NCBI RefSeq assembly: GCF_009914755.1
Contig: NC_060936.1
Direction: 5' to 3' (one strand)
DNA length: 64,000 bases
DNA from: the human T2T-CHM13v2.0 reference genome, Homo sapiens
Below the pieces are notes generated by a model, which saw only the letters and a program-made list of their open reading frames with translations, searched no databases and had not been told where the DNA came from. Positions 28,846 through 41,900 of the stretch are shown here, one piece after another. Position numbers and translations under genes: made by a program. Position 1 is the stretch's first letter; each line of letters starts with the position of its first letter.

Positions 28846-31800
28846 GTGAACATTTTTTTTAAAGGTAGAAATTCAGAGATTTTGGTCATCATCCTCTGTC
28901 TGGAACATTCACACATCCAGAACACCTATTCCTGAGGAGGCCGGATAGAGTCGGTATAAAGAATAGGCATCTCTTGGATTTTTTTAAAATACTTCCCTAG
29001 GTATTGGTCCTCACATTAACCCTATGCAAGACATAGGACTGGTGCTTGTATGGATAATAATCAGATTATGATTACCTCCCCTCAGAAAGCTCAATCTCCA
29101 GCCGACTAGAATAAAGACAACGGTGATGACGAGATTCTTGAAATTGCACTTGAAGGTGTAATGAGGTGGAAGCCTCTGGACTCTGGTTGCTTTTTGTTTT
29201 AAGCGATTGCACACAGAGGGCTTGGGAAGTGTTCCTCCAGTTGGCAGGAGGCCCATGATTTCTTACATAGGTAGTCATCCCATCTTCTTTTCCCACTGGG
29301 AGATGGGCATGTCTTGTCTCCAAAAAGCAGAGGACCCGGGAGGTAGGCATTTTACAGCCAGGAAGTACCACTGGACCATGGCCCCACAGTTAAGACACAG
29401 TATCTGGGACCAGAAGAAAGCAATAAAAGATCAGGACACATGTGCCTTGTGGATGGGAGCAGAAGAAATGGCAAGTTCTGAGTGCTTTGGATGCATGGTC
29501 TCCTTTCACCCTCACCTCAACTCTGTGCTTTATCCCATGTTCTAGGTGTGGAAACAGTGGTATAGGGAAGTTAAGTTATTTGTTCAAGGCTACCCAGCTA
29601 GTCAGTGGCAGAGGTAGTGTCTGAATCCAGATCTGCCTCCAGAGATCAAGCTTTTCACCAGTATGCTGCCTCTTTCAACTTGGTATATCTCCAACGATGG
29701 AGCCAAATCAGGGCATGGACAACCAAAATGGAAGAAAATCCACAATTCTCGTGCATGTGAAATGCATCCTATGATGCTTTTGCAGCAGTTGTTCCTTCCC
29801 AGCAATGATTTTCTGATGTCAATAACAATTTGGTGACCATTTTCTCAGCCCACCCCTATCAGTGAGTGGAGGTGCTCTGGCACTCAGGCCTAGGTACTGG
29901 GACCTGCCCTGAGATGGCCAGAGGAGAGGCCCATCTTATGAACACATCTCCAGAGTGGGGAGTTGGAAGGGGGAAATCCACTCAGCCTGTGGGATTGGGG
30001 GATGGCGAGGGCAAGGCTTCCAGCTGCAAAAACGCTTTCCCTTCTGGGCAGCCCGCCCTGCGTGGCTCTGAGGAGCTGGACAGTAGAGGTTTGGTTTGCC
30101 ACTTCAAGGAGAGCCAGGAAAACCCTTTCTCCAACCCCTTACTTCTCAACCATTTGGGACACAGTCACCAGAGAAATAAGGGGCAACAGGTATAACCAGA
30201 CTCCAGGTCAGACTGATTTCGTAAGACGTGTATGATTTTTTTCCCACCCTCCCTTCTCCATTACACCCTTAAAACCCCTATTACTAATGGTTTCCAGCAA
30301 CCGAGGGGGCGGGCAAAAACAGAGAGAAGAGAGATGAGACAGCATCAAGCCCTTCCACTCCCGAGAGTGTTGGGAAAAGTATTCCTCCTAGGACCCAACC
30401 ACCTGGGGACTTGGGGACCAGCAGGAAGGACCTGGGCCTTGTTTCTGGGCAGGGTGTGGTCCAAGTGGGAGGAAGGGGCTGTTGAAATAGTGGGAGGAGG
30501 GGACAAAGGGGCAATGGGGATGGAGGCCTGAAAGCTGGCCCTGAAATTGTCTTCATGGTCCAGCTGGAGGACTGAGGGGCTCTGGGCACCAAAGGCAGGA
30601 CGGTGGGAGGATGGGTCAGGGTGAAGAGCTGCCTCTTAAAGGGACCCTGTTTGTGCCCAGACATGTACCCTCACCCACTGCATTCCAGCTCTGTGGAAAT
30701 CCCCCAGGGCTGGGGCACAGGAGCTCTCAGCGACAAGGAACCTGGTTGGTTTCTGCAGCTCCCAGGTAGTGTGCCACCAAACAGATGTCAGTCTAAAGCC
30801 TGGAGTAGCACAGCCTGCTGAGGACAAGTGTGAGGCACAAGGCCTTAACTCCAACAGAGCCCAGCCAGTGCCAATCCAGTGAGAGCCAGCGTGGAGCCAT
30901 GGGAGGAGGGGGCTCCCATGGTCAAGAAAGAGGGGGCTGTGCCTTCTGTCTGCACATATACAAAGAAATCTGGGAGAAAGGGTGACCAGGGGTGCACAGC
31001 CAGGCGGTTAACAGGGTTCCTTTAGGTCTCAGCCCTTCACCGTGGTGTGCCCGCTGATTAACTGTGTGTGTTTCTCTGGTTTTCAACACCAAACCTTTGC
31101 TCTGTTCTGTCCATTTCTTCCTTTTCCTTTCTCCATCTTAGAGGTGTTGCAGACCAAGGCCAACTTACCCATTTTGTTTCAGGTCTCTCTGGTGGATGAA
31201 GATTCCAACTCATCCTCCTTTCTTGAGCACTGACACTCACACCTTCCTCTCTCTCCTCCTCCTCCCACACCGAAATAATGTTTTCTTGCACGCTTTCTAG
31301 GCTGATGCAGAGAATTCCTGGATTCTGCTCTTGTTCTTGTTTGTCTCCCTTCTCTTCCTTGACTTCCCTGCCCTTCCCTTCTGAAATAGCTCTACCCCAC
31401 AAAGACAGTATTCATATCGAGAGGGTCACCCAGTGTTTTCCAAAATCTAATTTTAAGTCTTATGCATAGCTGTAGTTCATCTGGGGTCTTCACTTCTTAT
31501 TTCCCTCTCCCCAAAATCACTATTCTCCTTTTGCCCTGTGAATGATATCTGAGAACCTGAGAGCGAATTGGTTATTTCCTGCTCATAGCATGTGACTTAA
31601 ATGGGAGAAAGAAGTCTCTCTGCCTCATAGGCTCCACTATATTCAGAAAAATACCCTGGGAAGCCAACAAGAAAGCCCTGATTTGAAGCTGACCCTCACC
31701 TCACCCACGCCCTGGTCAGCTAATCTCTGCTTCACCCATCCTGGCTGTCCAGTCTCCGGGGTGGCGTTTCTGTTTTCTTTCGGCAGAAATGCCTGGGAAC

Positions 31801-32241
31801 CGAAAGGCCCCTTTCCCTGTGACCTGACCTCCCACGCTAAGAATAACAGCCCCAGGACAGCATGTCTTTCGGTCCCTCTGGAAAGAGGGCATGGCTGGGA
31901 AGTGGGAAGTTAAGGGAGCTGGATAGAGCTGGGAGGAAAGGGAAGAACACAGATTCTTGGCTTTGTGAGTAAAAAATGAAGAGGAAAAGTTGGCAGCCTT
32001 CAAGTGAGCTGGGGAGAGATCTGGGGAACCTCTCGGAGGACGCTTCATGCTTTCATACCCCACTCCGACCTCAGAATTCCACCTCCTGGAAGCCCAGAGG
32101 GCAGGCAAATACTGGTCCCACTGAAAAAATGTGGCCAGCCCTGTCTTGTCCCCTTCGCAGACCATTTCTAAACTAAAGGCGTGAATGTTTTTTCTTAAAG
32201 AAGACAAATCTCTGTAGTACTCGGTCCTTCCCCCTCCACCC

Positions 32242-32344
32242 ATGGGGAATATGACCGCCTGTAGCTGGGGGTGTATGGGGGACTATGACCGCCTGTAGCT
32301 GGGGGTGTATGGGGAATATGATCGCCTGTAGCTGGGGGTGTATG
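32242..32344 (+). repeat. 33-bp tandem triplication (atggggaatatgaccgcctgtagctgggggtgt)
   Basis: Units at 32242, 32275 (34 bp) and 32309, nearly identical. Confidence 0.95.
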
Positions 32345-33608
32345 CACCCATTCAGTCACAGAACATCGCTGTGCAGGCCCCTACACCTCCTACACCCAAG
32401 AAATCCATCTGCTAAAGAGTCCACTCATCCAGGACACCTGGGGTCCTATAGGGCCTCTGGGACAGCCCATTCCTTGGTTGACCTGTTGTCCAAGTACATG
32501 AAAAAAGTCTTTTAAGAACATTCGTCCCTTCTCTTCTCCAAACATGGTGAAAAATAAACAAAATCCATAGCTACAGAATCAAGTGGTAAAGTCAGGATAC
32601 TGGTCTTTCCCTTCTGTGCCAGAATCTCTCCTTCAGGGCACCACTGTCTTCATCCCCTTCTAGGCAGCCAGCCTCCCCCAACCTACCAGCCTATCCCTAG
32701 CAAACCCATCCTCAGGAAACGCTTTGATCACCGCGTGCCCTCTGCGCGGCGTCTGCATTCAGCAGGACCCTACCTCCAAATGACCATGAAAGAACCTGGG
32801 GAGGGGCTTAGAAAGCCTCAGAAAGCCCTGTCAAGAGCCACATAACACACTCCCGGAGTAGGAGCCCAGCCTTGCCTCTGTCTCCTTTCCCTTAGGAAAG
32901 TCTTTGCCAGGGTTGGAACTGCCCCTGGAAACACTGGGGCACCCAGTGCAGGAACTAGGGTACCCTGATTTGATCTGCAAGAGTTGCACTTATTATGGAT
33001 CTTGTTTTAACAATTTGGTCCTTCTTTTATTTTTGAGCTTTATATGAGTCACCAGTGAGCCCAGATAACCTGCCACCCTGCGGCCCACATTGATGGCTGT
33101 GGTTTTCAAAGCCTTTTTCATTCCCAGCTTCACCCATAGGACCGAGCCCGCTACCCTCTGAGGGGTCACACACCTGTGTTCCCTCCCTCCAGACAGGCCC
33201 TTCTGCTGGAAGAGGACTGGGGGTGCAGGAGATGCTCAGCGTGGACTGAGAAGAGAGCATAGTAGCCACATCCTGCCGCCTGGCGATTTGCACCACCCAC
33301 GCCCCCCACACCCACTCCTGCCCCTGGTGGGACGTGGACAGGGCCTCTGTGGAGAAGGGGTAGGGTGGGTGGATCTGTAGGATGGGGGCCACGTGACCGA
33401 GGGAATGCGGGCAGTAGGGTTAGAGTGTCGCCTCCCTGCTGCTCCTTCCTTGCTGGTGCTCCTGGGCTCCTGGCCATGGTGAGGGCGTCCGGAACTCCAG
33501 AGGCAACACGGAGGTGCCTGGACGATGATTCTGATGGTGGTGTTGCTCTGTTCTTGTCTGTCTAATATTCCTTTTTAATCCCCATCCTGCCTGCCCTCCC
33601 TTATGTAG

Positions 33609-33692
33609 GGTTACTTTAGTGATCCCTGGAATGTTTTTGACTTCCTCATCGTAATTGGCAGCATAATTGACGTCATTCTCAGTGAGACTAAT
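33609..33692 (+). CDS. CACNA1C: CACNA1C exon 31 (84 nt, alternative to 32): [31 protein letters not shown]3
   Basis: Acceptor atgtag|GGT, donor AAT|gtgagt. Not in the ORF track; read directly from sequence. 16/28 aa identical to exon 32. Confidence 0.96.
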
Positions 33693-34113
33693 GTGAGTAT
33701 TACTCTGCCCTCCCCAGGAAACCTCCTCATTCCTCCTCCTCTGCCTCGTCTATTTCTCTCTCTCTCACTCTCTCTGTTTACCTTCTTTTATGTTTTTTTT
33801 AATTTCCTGTTTTTACCCGCCTCCAGTCATGCCTTTTATTGAACCTGCCGTCGTCCTGTGGGGGAAAAAAAGTGGGAGCTTCTCCTCCTTTTTTTCCATT
33901 TACCTCAGCTCTGCCCGGCGCTGCCGGGCTGGGGCGTGGAGCTGAGCAGAGGGAGTGGCGGTGCAGGGGACACACCGCCCGGCTCCCCGGGGCGGCCACA
34001 GCCCCACGCCACCTTTGAACTAACCCAGCTTTTGTCAGGCCTCTGCACCCTGCGAAAACCAGGTTATCCAGGTTTGAGCTGCCAGAACTGTAGAGTGGTA
34101 AGAGAGTGTTTAA

Positions 34114-34473
<360 letters not shown>

Positions 34474-35770
34474 TAATTTGTTTGTTTGAATTGGTTTGAA
34501 GGTTTTTTTTTCCTTGTTGCTTTATTTTGAAATCTTTTTTTTTTTTTAACTTTGGAACGCATTAGGCCTTCCCCTTTTCTGTTAAGTTCTGATTGCTGCA
34601 TCTTTTCTCTCTCCCATACAATCAGCCTGGCATGACTCACACTGTATCGGAGGAAGCAGCTCTGGGAGCTGTGGAGTGAGAACATGAGGGGATGTTTGCC
34701 ACTCTGGGCAGCTGCTGGGGCAGGGACCCAAACCTCTTCTGACCTCCACCTTCTCCTCCAGCCACTGCCTTCCCTACTCTCTCCTTTGCATCCCCACAGC
34801 ATCTCAGAAGGGAGCTCTCTCAAAGTGGAACACCCTGAGATAAGGCTAAGACTCAGCCTACACCGTCAGCCATAGCCCACCCTCGCCCAAGGACCACCCA
34901 TGATCTCGGGTTGAATGGGCTCTGTTTTCATTTAACATCAGCAGCCCATGCAGGCATCCAGGTCCCTGCAGGCTCATTTGGAAGAGGAACGAGAAGGGGA
35001 GGATCAGTCATGTCTGAACTCTTCTCTAGAGGTGGTGGGTGACGTACTGAGAGCTGCTCTGGGTGGACCTTTCCTCCTAGTTGCTGTGGAAGCAGGCCCC
35101 ATGTGAGCGCCTCACTCCCACATGCACCTGCCACCCCTGCCCTCGACCCCTGACCTCTCACACCCCTGCCTCTGGCTCCCGAGCCTCAGACAGCACCCCA
35201 GCCTCTGCAAGGCCTCCTGCCACCTCCTTCTCCCAAGAGGTGCCTCCTCCTATACAGTTCCTACCAGTTCCTGCACATGTCTTTTCTGTTACCTGGCATG
35301 TTTAAATCTCTCTTTATCTATAGGCAAGCCTTCTTGCGGTCTTTAACATGTGTTGTTTAATTTTTTCGTTATTATTTTTCCTTAATTAAGAGACTTGGTA
35401 ATGTTTGCATAGACTTTTGATGCACTGAACTATTGAATAACAGCACAGAGCAGATGCTTTAGAGTTTTGATCTAAGATGTTTGGAACTACCCAGCCCACC
35501 ACCCCCAGCTCCTCCATGCACCCTTACTCCCCTCTCCACTCCATCTTTTGCTCTCAGTCAGTTACACTGCCGTGTTATCTTGCCTGCCAGATTCTTCCAG
35601 ATTAGAGACCCCTGTCTGCTCCTCTTTTAGCAGATGGACTATGGAAAGCGGTTGTCACACTTGTCATATGTCCCCCGCTGTAGTCTGGTGCCCCAACCCT
35701 GCTCACCCTATAGCTCCAGAGACCATGGCCCCTCTGTCTCCCTGTGTCTCTGAGAACTGTCTTTGTCCGG

Positions 35771-35868
35771 TGTGTGTGTATGTGTATGTGTGTATATGTG
35801 AGTGCATGTCTGTGTGTGTGTGAGCATGTGTGCATGTGTGTATGTGTGTGAGTGTATGTGTGTATGTG
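35771..35868 (+). repeat. Degenerate (TG)n microsatellite
   Basis: Read directly. Confidence 0.92.
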
Positions 35869-37971
35869 CACTCTCTCTTAACTTCTCCCAGTAAATCCTC
35901 AGATCATTTTTTTAAAATTAGTCTTCCTACTCGTGCTCTGAGACTCCTCTCCCCTTTCTGAATGGACCCCAGTTTTGCAGCTGGATGAGCCCCAAGTTGC
36001 TGTTCCCACTCATGCACATAAAGGCCAGAGCTTCTGTGCCCAGAGCTTGTGCCATGCAGTGCTCAGCCGTGGGAGACACTGCAGGGAGAGAAACAGGAAA
36101 GACAGGGCAGCAGTGGGCTCTGCCCTCAGGAGGTTTCCTTTCCAGACAGCAGTGCAGAGCCACATTAAAATCTATGCAGAGGGGCCGAGAGCCCCACAGC
36201 AGGAAAACGCAGAAAGGTGACCGCAAGCTGCCCCCCTGTACAGTGGCCCACTGCAGCTCTGGGGGTCCTATGGGTTCTTCCTACAGTCACCAAGGCCCCA
36301 TCGCTCAGTCTGCAATTTTCTCCCAAACTATTCATGTCTTTAAAGAAAAAGAAAAAACAACAAAAAAGCATTTTCTAGGATATAAAATTTATACAGAAAA
36401 GGGGGCTCTGTTGGGGATAGGGAGGGGGCCTGAACCCGTCCAGCAGCTCCTGACATTGGAATAGTGGTTTTCTATTTACAAGTCACTTTGCATTTATCTG
36501 ACAACTCTAAACTACCCTTTAAATTTGACAGGTAAGAATTCTCATCCCCAATTTGCTGATGCTAAAGGTGATGATGGAGAGATTAAGTACCTTTCCAGTG
36601 CCTCAGAGTCAGCCTAGCCCTCCTGGGGCCAGCTCACTTCCTGCTAGGCCAGAATTCCTGGTTTCTGTACTCCACAGTGCCTTTTGGTAAAGAGAAACCT
36701 CACCTGTCCCTCCTGGTGTACTGCCACTAGCCACGACTTACTCAGAACTTACATTCTGTAATTGATATCTTAAATAAGCACAGGGTTTTTTCCACTTTCT
36801 AAATAAGCAATAATCAGCCACCCTGAGAGTTCCGCTGCCCCTGTGTCCTCCCATACTGAGATGCTCCGGGCTGAGGCATTTGTGGCTTTGAAGTCCCACT
36901 GAAGGATTGTCGGGGGACAGGGTGGCAACTGTGCATGTGACTGACAGCAAGAGGAGGTGTCCTGAGACCCAACACCTATTTCAGAGCCACTTTCTCCCTC
37001 TCCCACACAACTGATGGCTTCCGAACCAAAAGAACAAACATAACATCCCCCAAGGCAGGAAGGCGGTTTGGGAGAGGAGAAAGCTGGACTTGAAGTCAGA
37101 AAACTGGCAGATTGTTGAGTCTTGCTGCTGCTTCCTGTCAAAGCGTTACCAACATGCCCAGAGACTCTGTTTTTTCATCTGTCAGAGGAATGTGGTATTT
37201 ACAGCAGTGTGTTTTGAAGCTCAAATAAGAGCATCTATTTAAAAACTCTATATAAACTGGTAAAGCACTGTGGAATGGGAGGAACTGTGGCACCCAGGCA
37301 AATGACATTCCTTCCAAAGTTACTGCTGGTGTCACTCGGAGGGCCTAGTCTCCAACCAAGACCTTTTGGTTAGTCTAATTATAACTTACAACCCACAGTC
37401 GAAAGCCCTGTTTCCCAGATATGCTTAGACCCATAGAGATGGCCAACAGGTACAACCAGATCAAAGCCAGCACACACACACTTACCACGGCCCATAACTC
37501 TGGGCCTTGAGGGGCCTGCTCTGAAAGCACAGTCCGGCTTGACCCTGGGCTCACATCGCAGCCAGTGTGAGGGACAGCAGCTTAATTGAGCAAGGTCGCT
37601 CCCTCCCACTAGATTCTGCCTCCAGGGCATTAGCAGCGTATGGGCGGCCCCAGCATTTTCTTCCAATCCCATGGGATCCTTCAGAAAATCCTGCATCCCT
37701 GGGCCCTGCTCCGGGCCTTCCCAGGTATTTTTAGTCATCCTCTCATCACAAGACATATATTCCCAGGGATATGGTCTATTTGGAAAGAGTCTACATTGTT
37801 AGCCTCAGTGTGATCCATGAGGGCGTTTCACCTGTAACCTGCCATCTTTAACTCCTAAACCCCTCCCCAGATGCCTTATCCACCCTAACTTTCCTCCAAA
37901 TATTCCCCACATTTAAACTCGTCTCACCTTTTCTCTTTTCCGGGCTATGGGGCCCTCCCTCTCAGGAACCA

Positions 37972-38920
37972 TCATTCATTCAATCCACAGCATTTAGAGT
38001 CTCACTTCCTATACGTCAGGCACCGTTTGAGGCACCTGGGATCCATCAGCTGGCAAACCAAAAGCCCCTGCCTTCACAGATTTGCATTGTAGAAGGGAAT
38101 AATCAGACAATTCACAATGCAATGAGGACAGAAAATAAGGAACTCATACGGTGTGTTAGAAGATGATAGACGTTTTAGGAAAAAAAGTAGTGCCAGATAA
38201 GGGGGCTCCAAGGTGCTGGGGAGCAGTGATGGCAGGCATTGGTTTAAATAAGATGGGCTTCCTTAAGGAGGTGACAGTTGAACAAAGCAAAGGCATGAAG
38301 GAATTGAGGATTCTCCATGTGGAGATCGGGAGAAGAGGTAGCAGGGCAGGAGGAGCCAACCTGGCTGGTGCGGACTGAGCTGGGAAAGGAGAGGTGAGGG
38401 TAGCAGAGGGGTAACTAACAGGTTCCACTTTTGGGCTTTTACTCTGAGCAAGAAGGGGACATACTGGTGGCTTTGAGCAGAGGTGTCACGTGACCCGACT
38501 GGTTTTTAAAGAGACCACTCTGGCTGGCTGTAGGAGTCAAGGGTGGAATCTGGAAGATCATTTAGAAGGCAAATGCAGTCATCCAGGTGGAAGATGCATA
38601 GCGTGGAGCAAAGTTGTGGCAGTAGAAGCGGTGGAAAATGGCCAGCCCGTCACTCTGTTTTGCAAGCAAAATTAACAGTGTTTCCTGACAGACTGCATGG
38701 GGGCAGGAGGAGAATTGCCCAGGAGGACTGGGAGGTTTGGCCTAAATCAGAGGAGGATGGAGCAGGTAGGCAAGGAGGCGGGCTGGAGGCGGGGCCTGTG
38801 TGAGTTAGGAAATGCCAGAGCACAGTTTTGACGTATCTGTTAGCCCTTGGAGGGGAGATGTCAGGTGGACACACAGGTCAGAGGCCTGGGGATGGAGTCA
38901 TTCACAACAAGATGGTACCC
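37972..38920 (-). mobile_element. L2 LINE (3' part)
   Basis: tcattcattcaatccacagcatttagag is the reversed L2 tail, followed by a typical L2 interior (ggcttccttaaggaggtgacagttgaac; ctttgagcagaggtgtcacgtgacccgact). Confidence 0.8.
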
Positions 38921-41900
38921 AAAGCCCCGGCACTAGAGAAGAAGAAGCGACAAGAGGCAGAGGAGCGGAGAGGCCTGGGCCAGGGCCTCTGGCGCGAGGA
39001 GATCGGGACCCGCAAACTTCTGTTCATCTGGGAGATGCCGCTGAACAACTGCCAGGTGTCACAAGAGGACCGTCTTCAGGCCCCCTCGTGCGGTCATGCT
39101 GAATTCAGCCTCAGTATCTGAGCCATGGGCCCCGGCCCTTCTCCTGCCAATGCATCACCTGGGTCTAAATCCGAGCTTTTCTTCCTCTGTGAGCCGGGGA
39201 GGTAAGAGTGCGATGTCCTGCTGCTCTAGGGAAGCCTCTTGCTCTTCCTCAGTGCTTGGGTCTGAAATCATATTTTCCTGTGATTGTTCGTGAAAGTTAC
39301 TACAGCACCAGAAACTGCTCCCTAAACATCCCAAACTGGAATTAATTTGACTGCTTGGGCCAACAGCCTTTCCCGACACACTTCTTTTTCATTTTGTATT
39401 TTAAAATATACCGAACAATAGAAAGTGCTGGGCAGCCTGAATTCCTGCATTATGGACATAGAGAAACATTCCCAAGTTGTCAATGAAGAAGCCTTGATTA
39501 TGCTTCCAGCTCTGGTGACTTAGAGCAATGAACTCCATTCTCTGGGCCTCAATTTCCTTGAATGCAAAAGTGAGGAGTGAGAGGTTTAGGATGGTCTCTT
39601 GCAACTCTAGCCTGCAGTGATTCTGACTTGGGCATTTTCTGACAGCTGGAGGTGGATGCTTCATTGCCCCCATTGCCTTGCTGGGTTCTGAGGTGGTGTT
39701 TCCTGTCATCAGGCGCCCATGGTGTCATGGGGATGCTTCCTCCAGGGAATCATCTGCATAGAGATAATCCCTGAAGCCACAGTGCTGAAGGGCAGCAAGG
39801 GAGGACAGGCTCCCTTGGCTTTGGTGGAGCTCACCTGGAGATTCTCCAGAGAAAAGGAGCAGGAGAAAGACCTTCGGGGAGCAGAGCAGGCACAGGGAGG
39901 GGAAAGAACACTGGCCCTGGAGCTTCTGGGCACAGCTCGCAGGAGGAATTGCTGGAGGCTTTGCACGATGCACAGGAGTGTCCAGAGCAGGGAAATAAAG
40001 CTAAGCGAAGGTGGCACTGGCTGTGAACATGAGAAGAGGACCGACATGAGGATGACCTGATGAGCACGGATCAGGCATCATGCTGAGGACACCATACACA
40101 TGATCGGATGAAACCCGTGTGCTTACTCTCCACATGAGGAAATCAAGGCTCAGACAGGACGAACATCTGCCCAAGGCCACACGGTGAATGGGAGGCAAAT
40201 CTTGGATTCAAACTCATTTCTGTCCAAGAATTGGCTCTTGCATTTCACAGTGCCCGCTGGCTAAATCCCTGGGCCAGGCTGGCCTGGGCATCACTGAAGG
40301 GCAGGGCCCAGTGGCTCCTGCACTCCTCATTCAGTGCCTCCTGGCAACGGGACTTGGGGCGGAGCTGCCTGACTTGACTTCTCTGTGTCGGTTGATGCTG
40401 CGGATGCTGGATCCACAAAGCCTGGGATCCCCCTGGGATGCTCAGACAGAATGCAGGCTACACACCCGGATCCGTGTCTCTGGTTACAGGGAACAGAAGG
40501 CAAACGCCAGGAGGCGCAGAGCAGCACCACTCCCTTTGCCCAGTTGGCATCTGCATCTGCAGCTGAAGAAAGAGACTGGGAGGAGGGGGGCCAGAAGGAG
40601 CAAGCAGCGACAAGGCAGGGCAGGGAGTGTCCAGGGATCAGCATGTCGGGATACTGGTCCCAAGTCTTCCCCACCTTCAGGCCCTGAAAGCCTTTCTACC
40701 TTAGTATCTTTCCACCATAGGCCCACAGGCACAACTTCCTATAACTGTCACTCACTACTCTCCACAACAATCACAAGCAAGCCGGGCTCCTCTCTGGCTC
40801 TGGGTCCTGGAAGGATGGAGGAAAAGCAGTCAGTCCTGAGTCATAGAGAGAGCTACTTGCTGCACGTCCACCCCCTCAGGGGTGAGTCAGCTCAGCCTGC
40901 ACGACTCCAGCCCTCTCTCTCGGCCTGCAACCCACAGTGCTTGCGTTGGACAGTGGGCCTGGCTGTCTCTGTCTGCCTTTGTGGCTGTAACCACGCCTCC
41001 TGCCCCCTGCCATGGCAGAGAAGGGGCCAGAATGGGCACAAGAAAGGCAAGGCTGAGTGCCCCCCACTGCCCATAGTTGTGATGAGGAAGGAGGGTAGAG
41101 AGATGTGGTCAGAAAGCAGATTTGTCCAAGGACATTAGGGTGTACACACCTTAGAGACCACCTAGCCCAAACCCTTATTTGTTTATTCCTCAAAGGTACC
41201 TTGAGCACCCGCTGTGTGATGTTGCTTGAGGATATACAAATTTTCTAGATGAGGACACAAAAGGCCAGAGGCAGGAAACAGCTTGCTCATTTTCACAGGT
41301 TTTTCACAGCAAGCTGACCGGAACTCCCGGTCAGTAGGGGGCTCCAGTGGGTGCTGTTGCCAACCATTGTCTAGATGACATTGGTGGGTGTGGCCTGAGC
41401 TGGTTCTAGGACACATAGATTAAATCAAGTTCCGTGGTCTCAGGACAGCTGGGTGGGGCAGAGGTTATCCTTGACATCTCCCTCCAGCCCCCCTTCTCAT
41501 TGCTGGAGCCTCCTGTTGCCCTCGGAGTCCCTTCCAGCTTCTTCCCACTTTCGGCAACAGCCCCCACCCCCAACAAACCTAATGCTACCAAGATGCCTTG
41601 TTTCAAAATGAAGTGATTCCAGCACAGTCATTCATGCTGGGTGGTAGCAACTCAGTGAGCTGCCCTTCTAATAGATCATTGTACCTTGAAGAGAAGGCGA
41701 TGCTCAACCTGCAGGTGGAATGTTTATTGTATCTCAGGTGAGCCTTTAGCAACGTGACCCCTGAGTGGGGAGATTACTTTTGTGAGGTCCCTCCCCATCC
41801 CCCCACAAAGGCTGTTTTCTACTCTGCTTAAGAGTATGGCTGGCCCTTGAGAGAGTTAGCAGAGCCACCCTCATTCCTAGAAGTGGGATGAAGCATCTGA

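Noticed and set aside
40188-41138. 316-aa ORF, the longest in the track
   Set aside because: No recognisable domain, low-complexity R/S/P/G composition and starts in MIR-like sequence; consistent with a chance ORF in a GC-rich intron.
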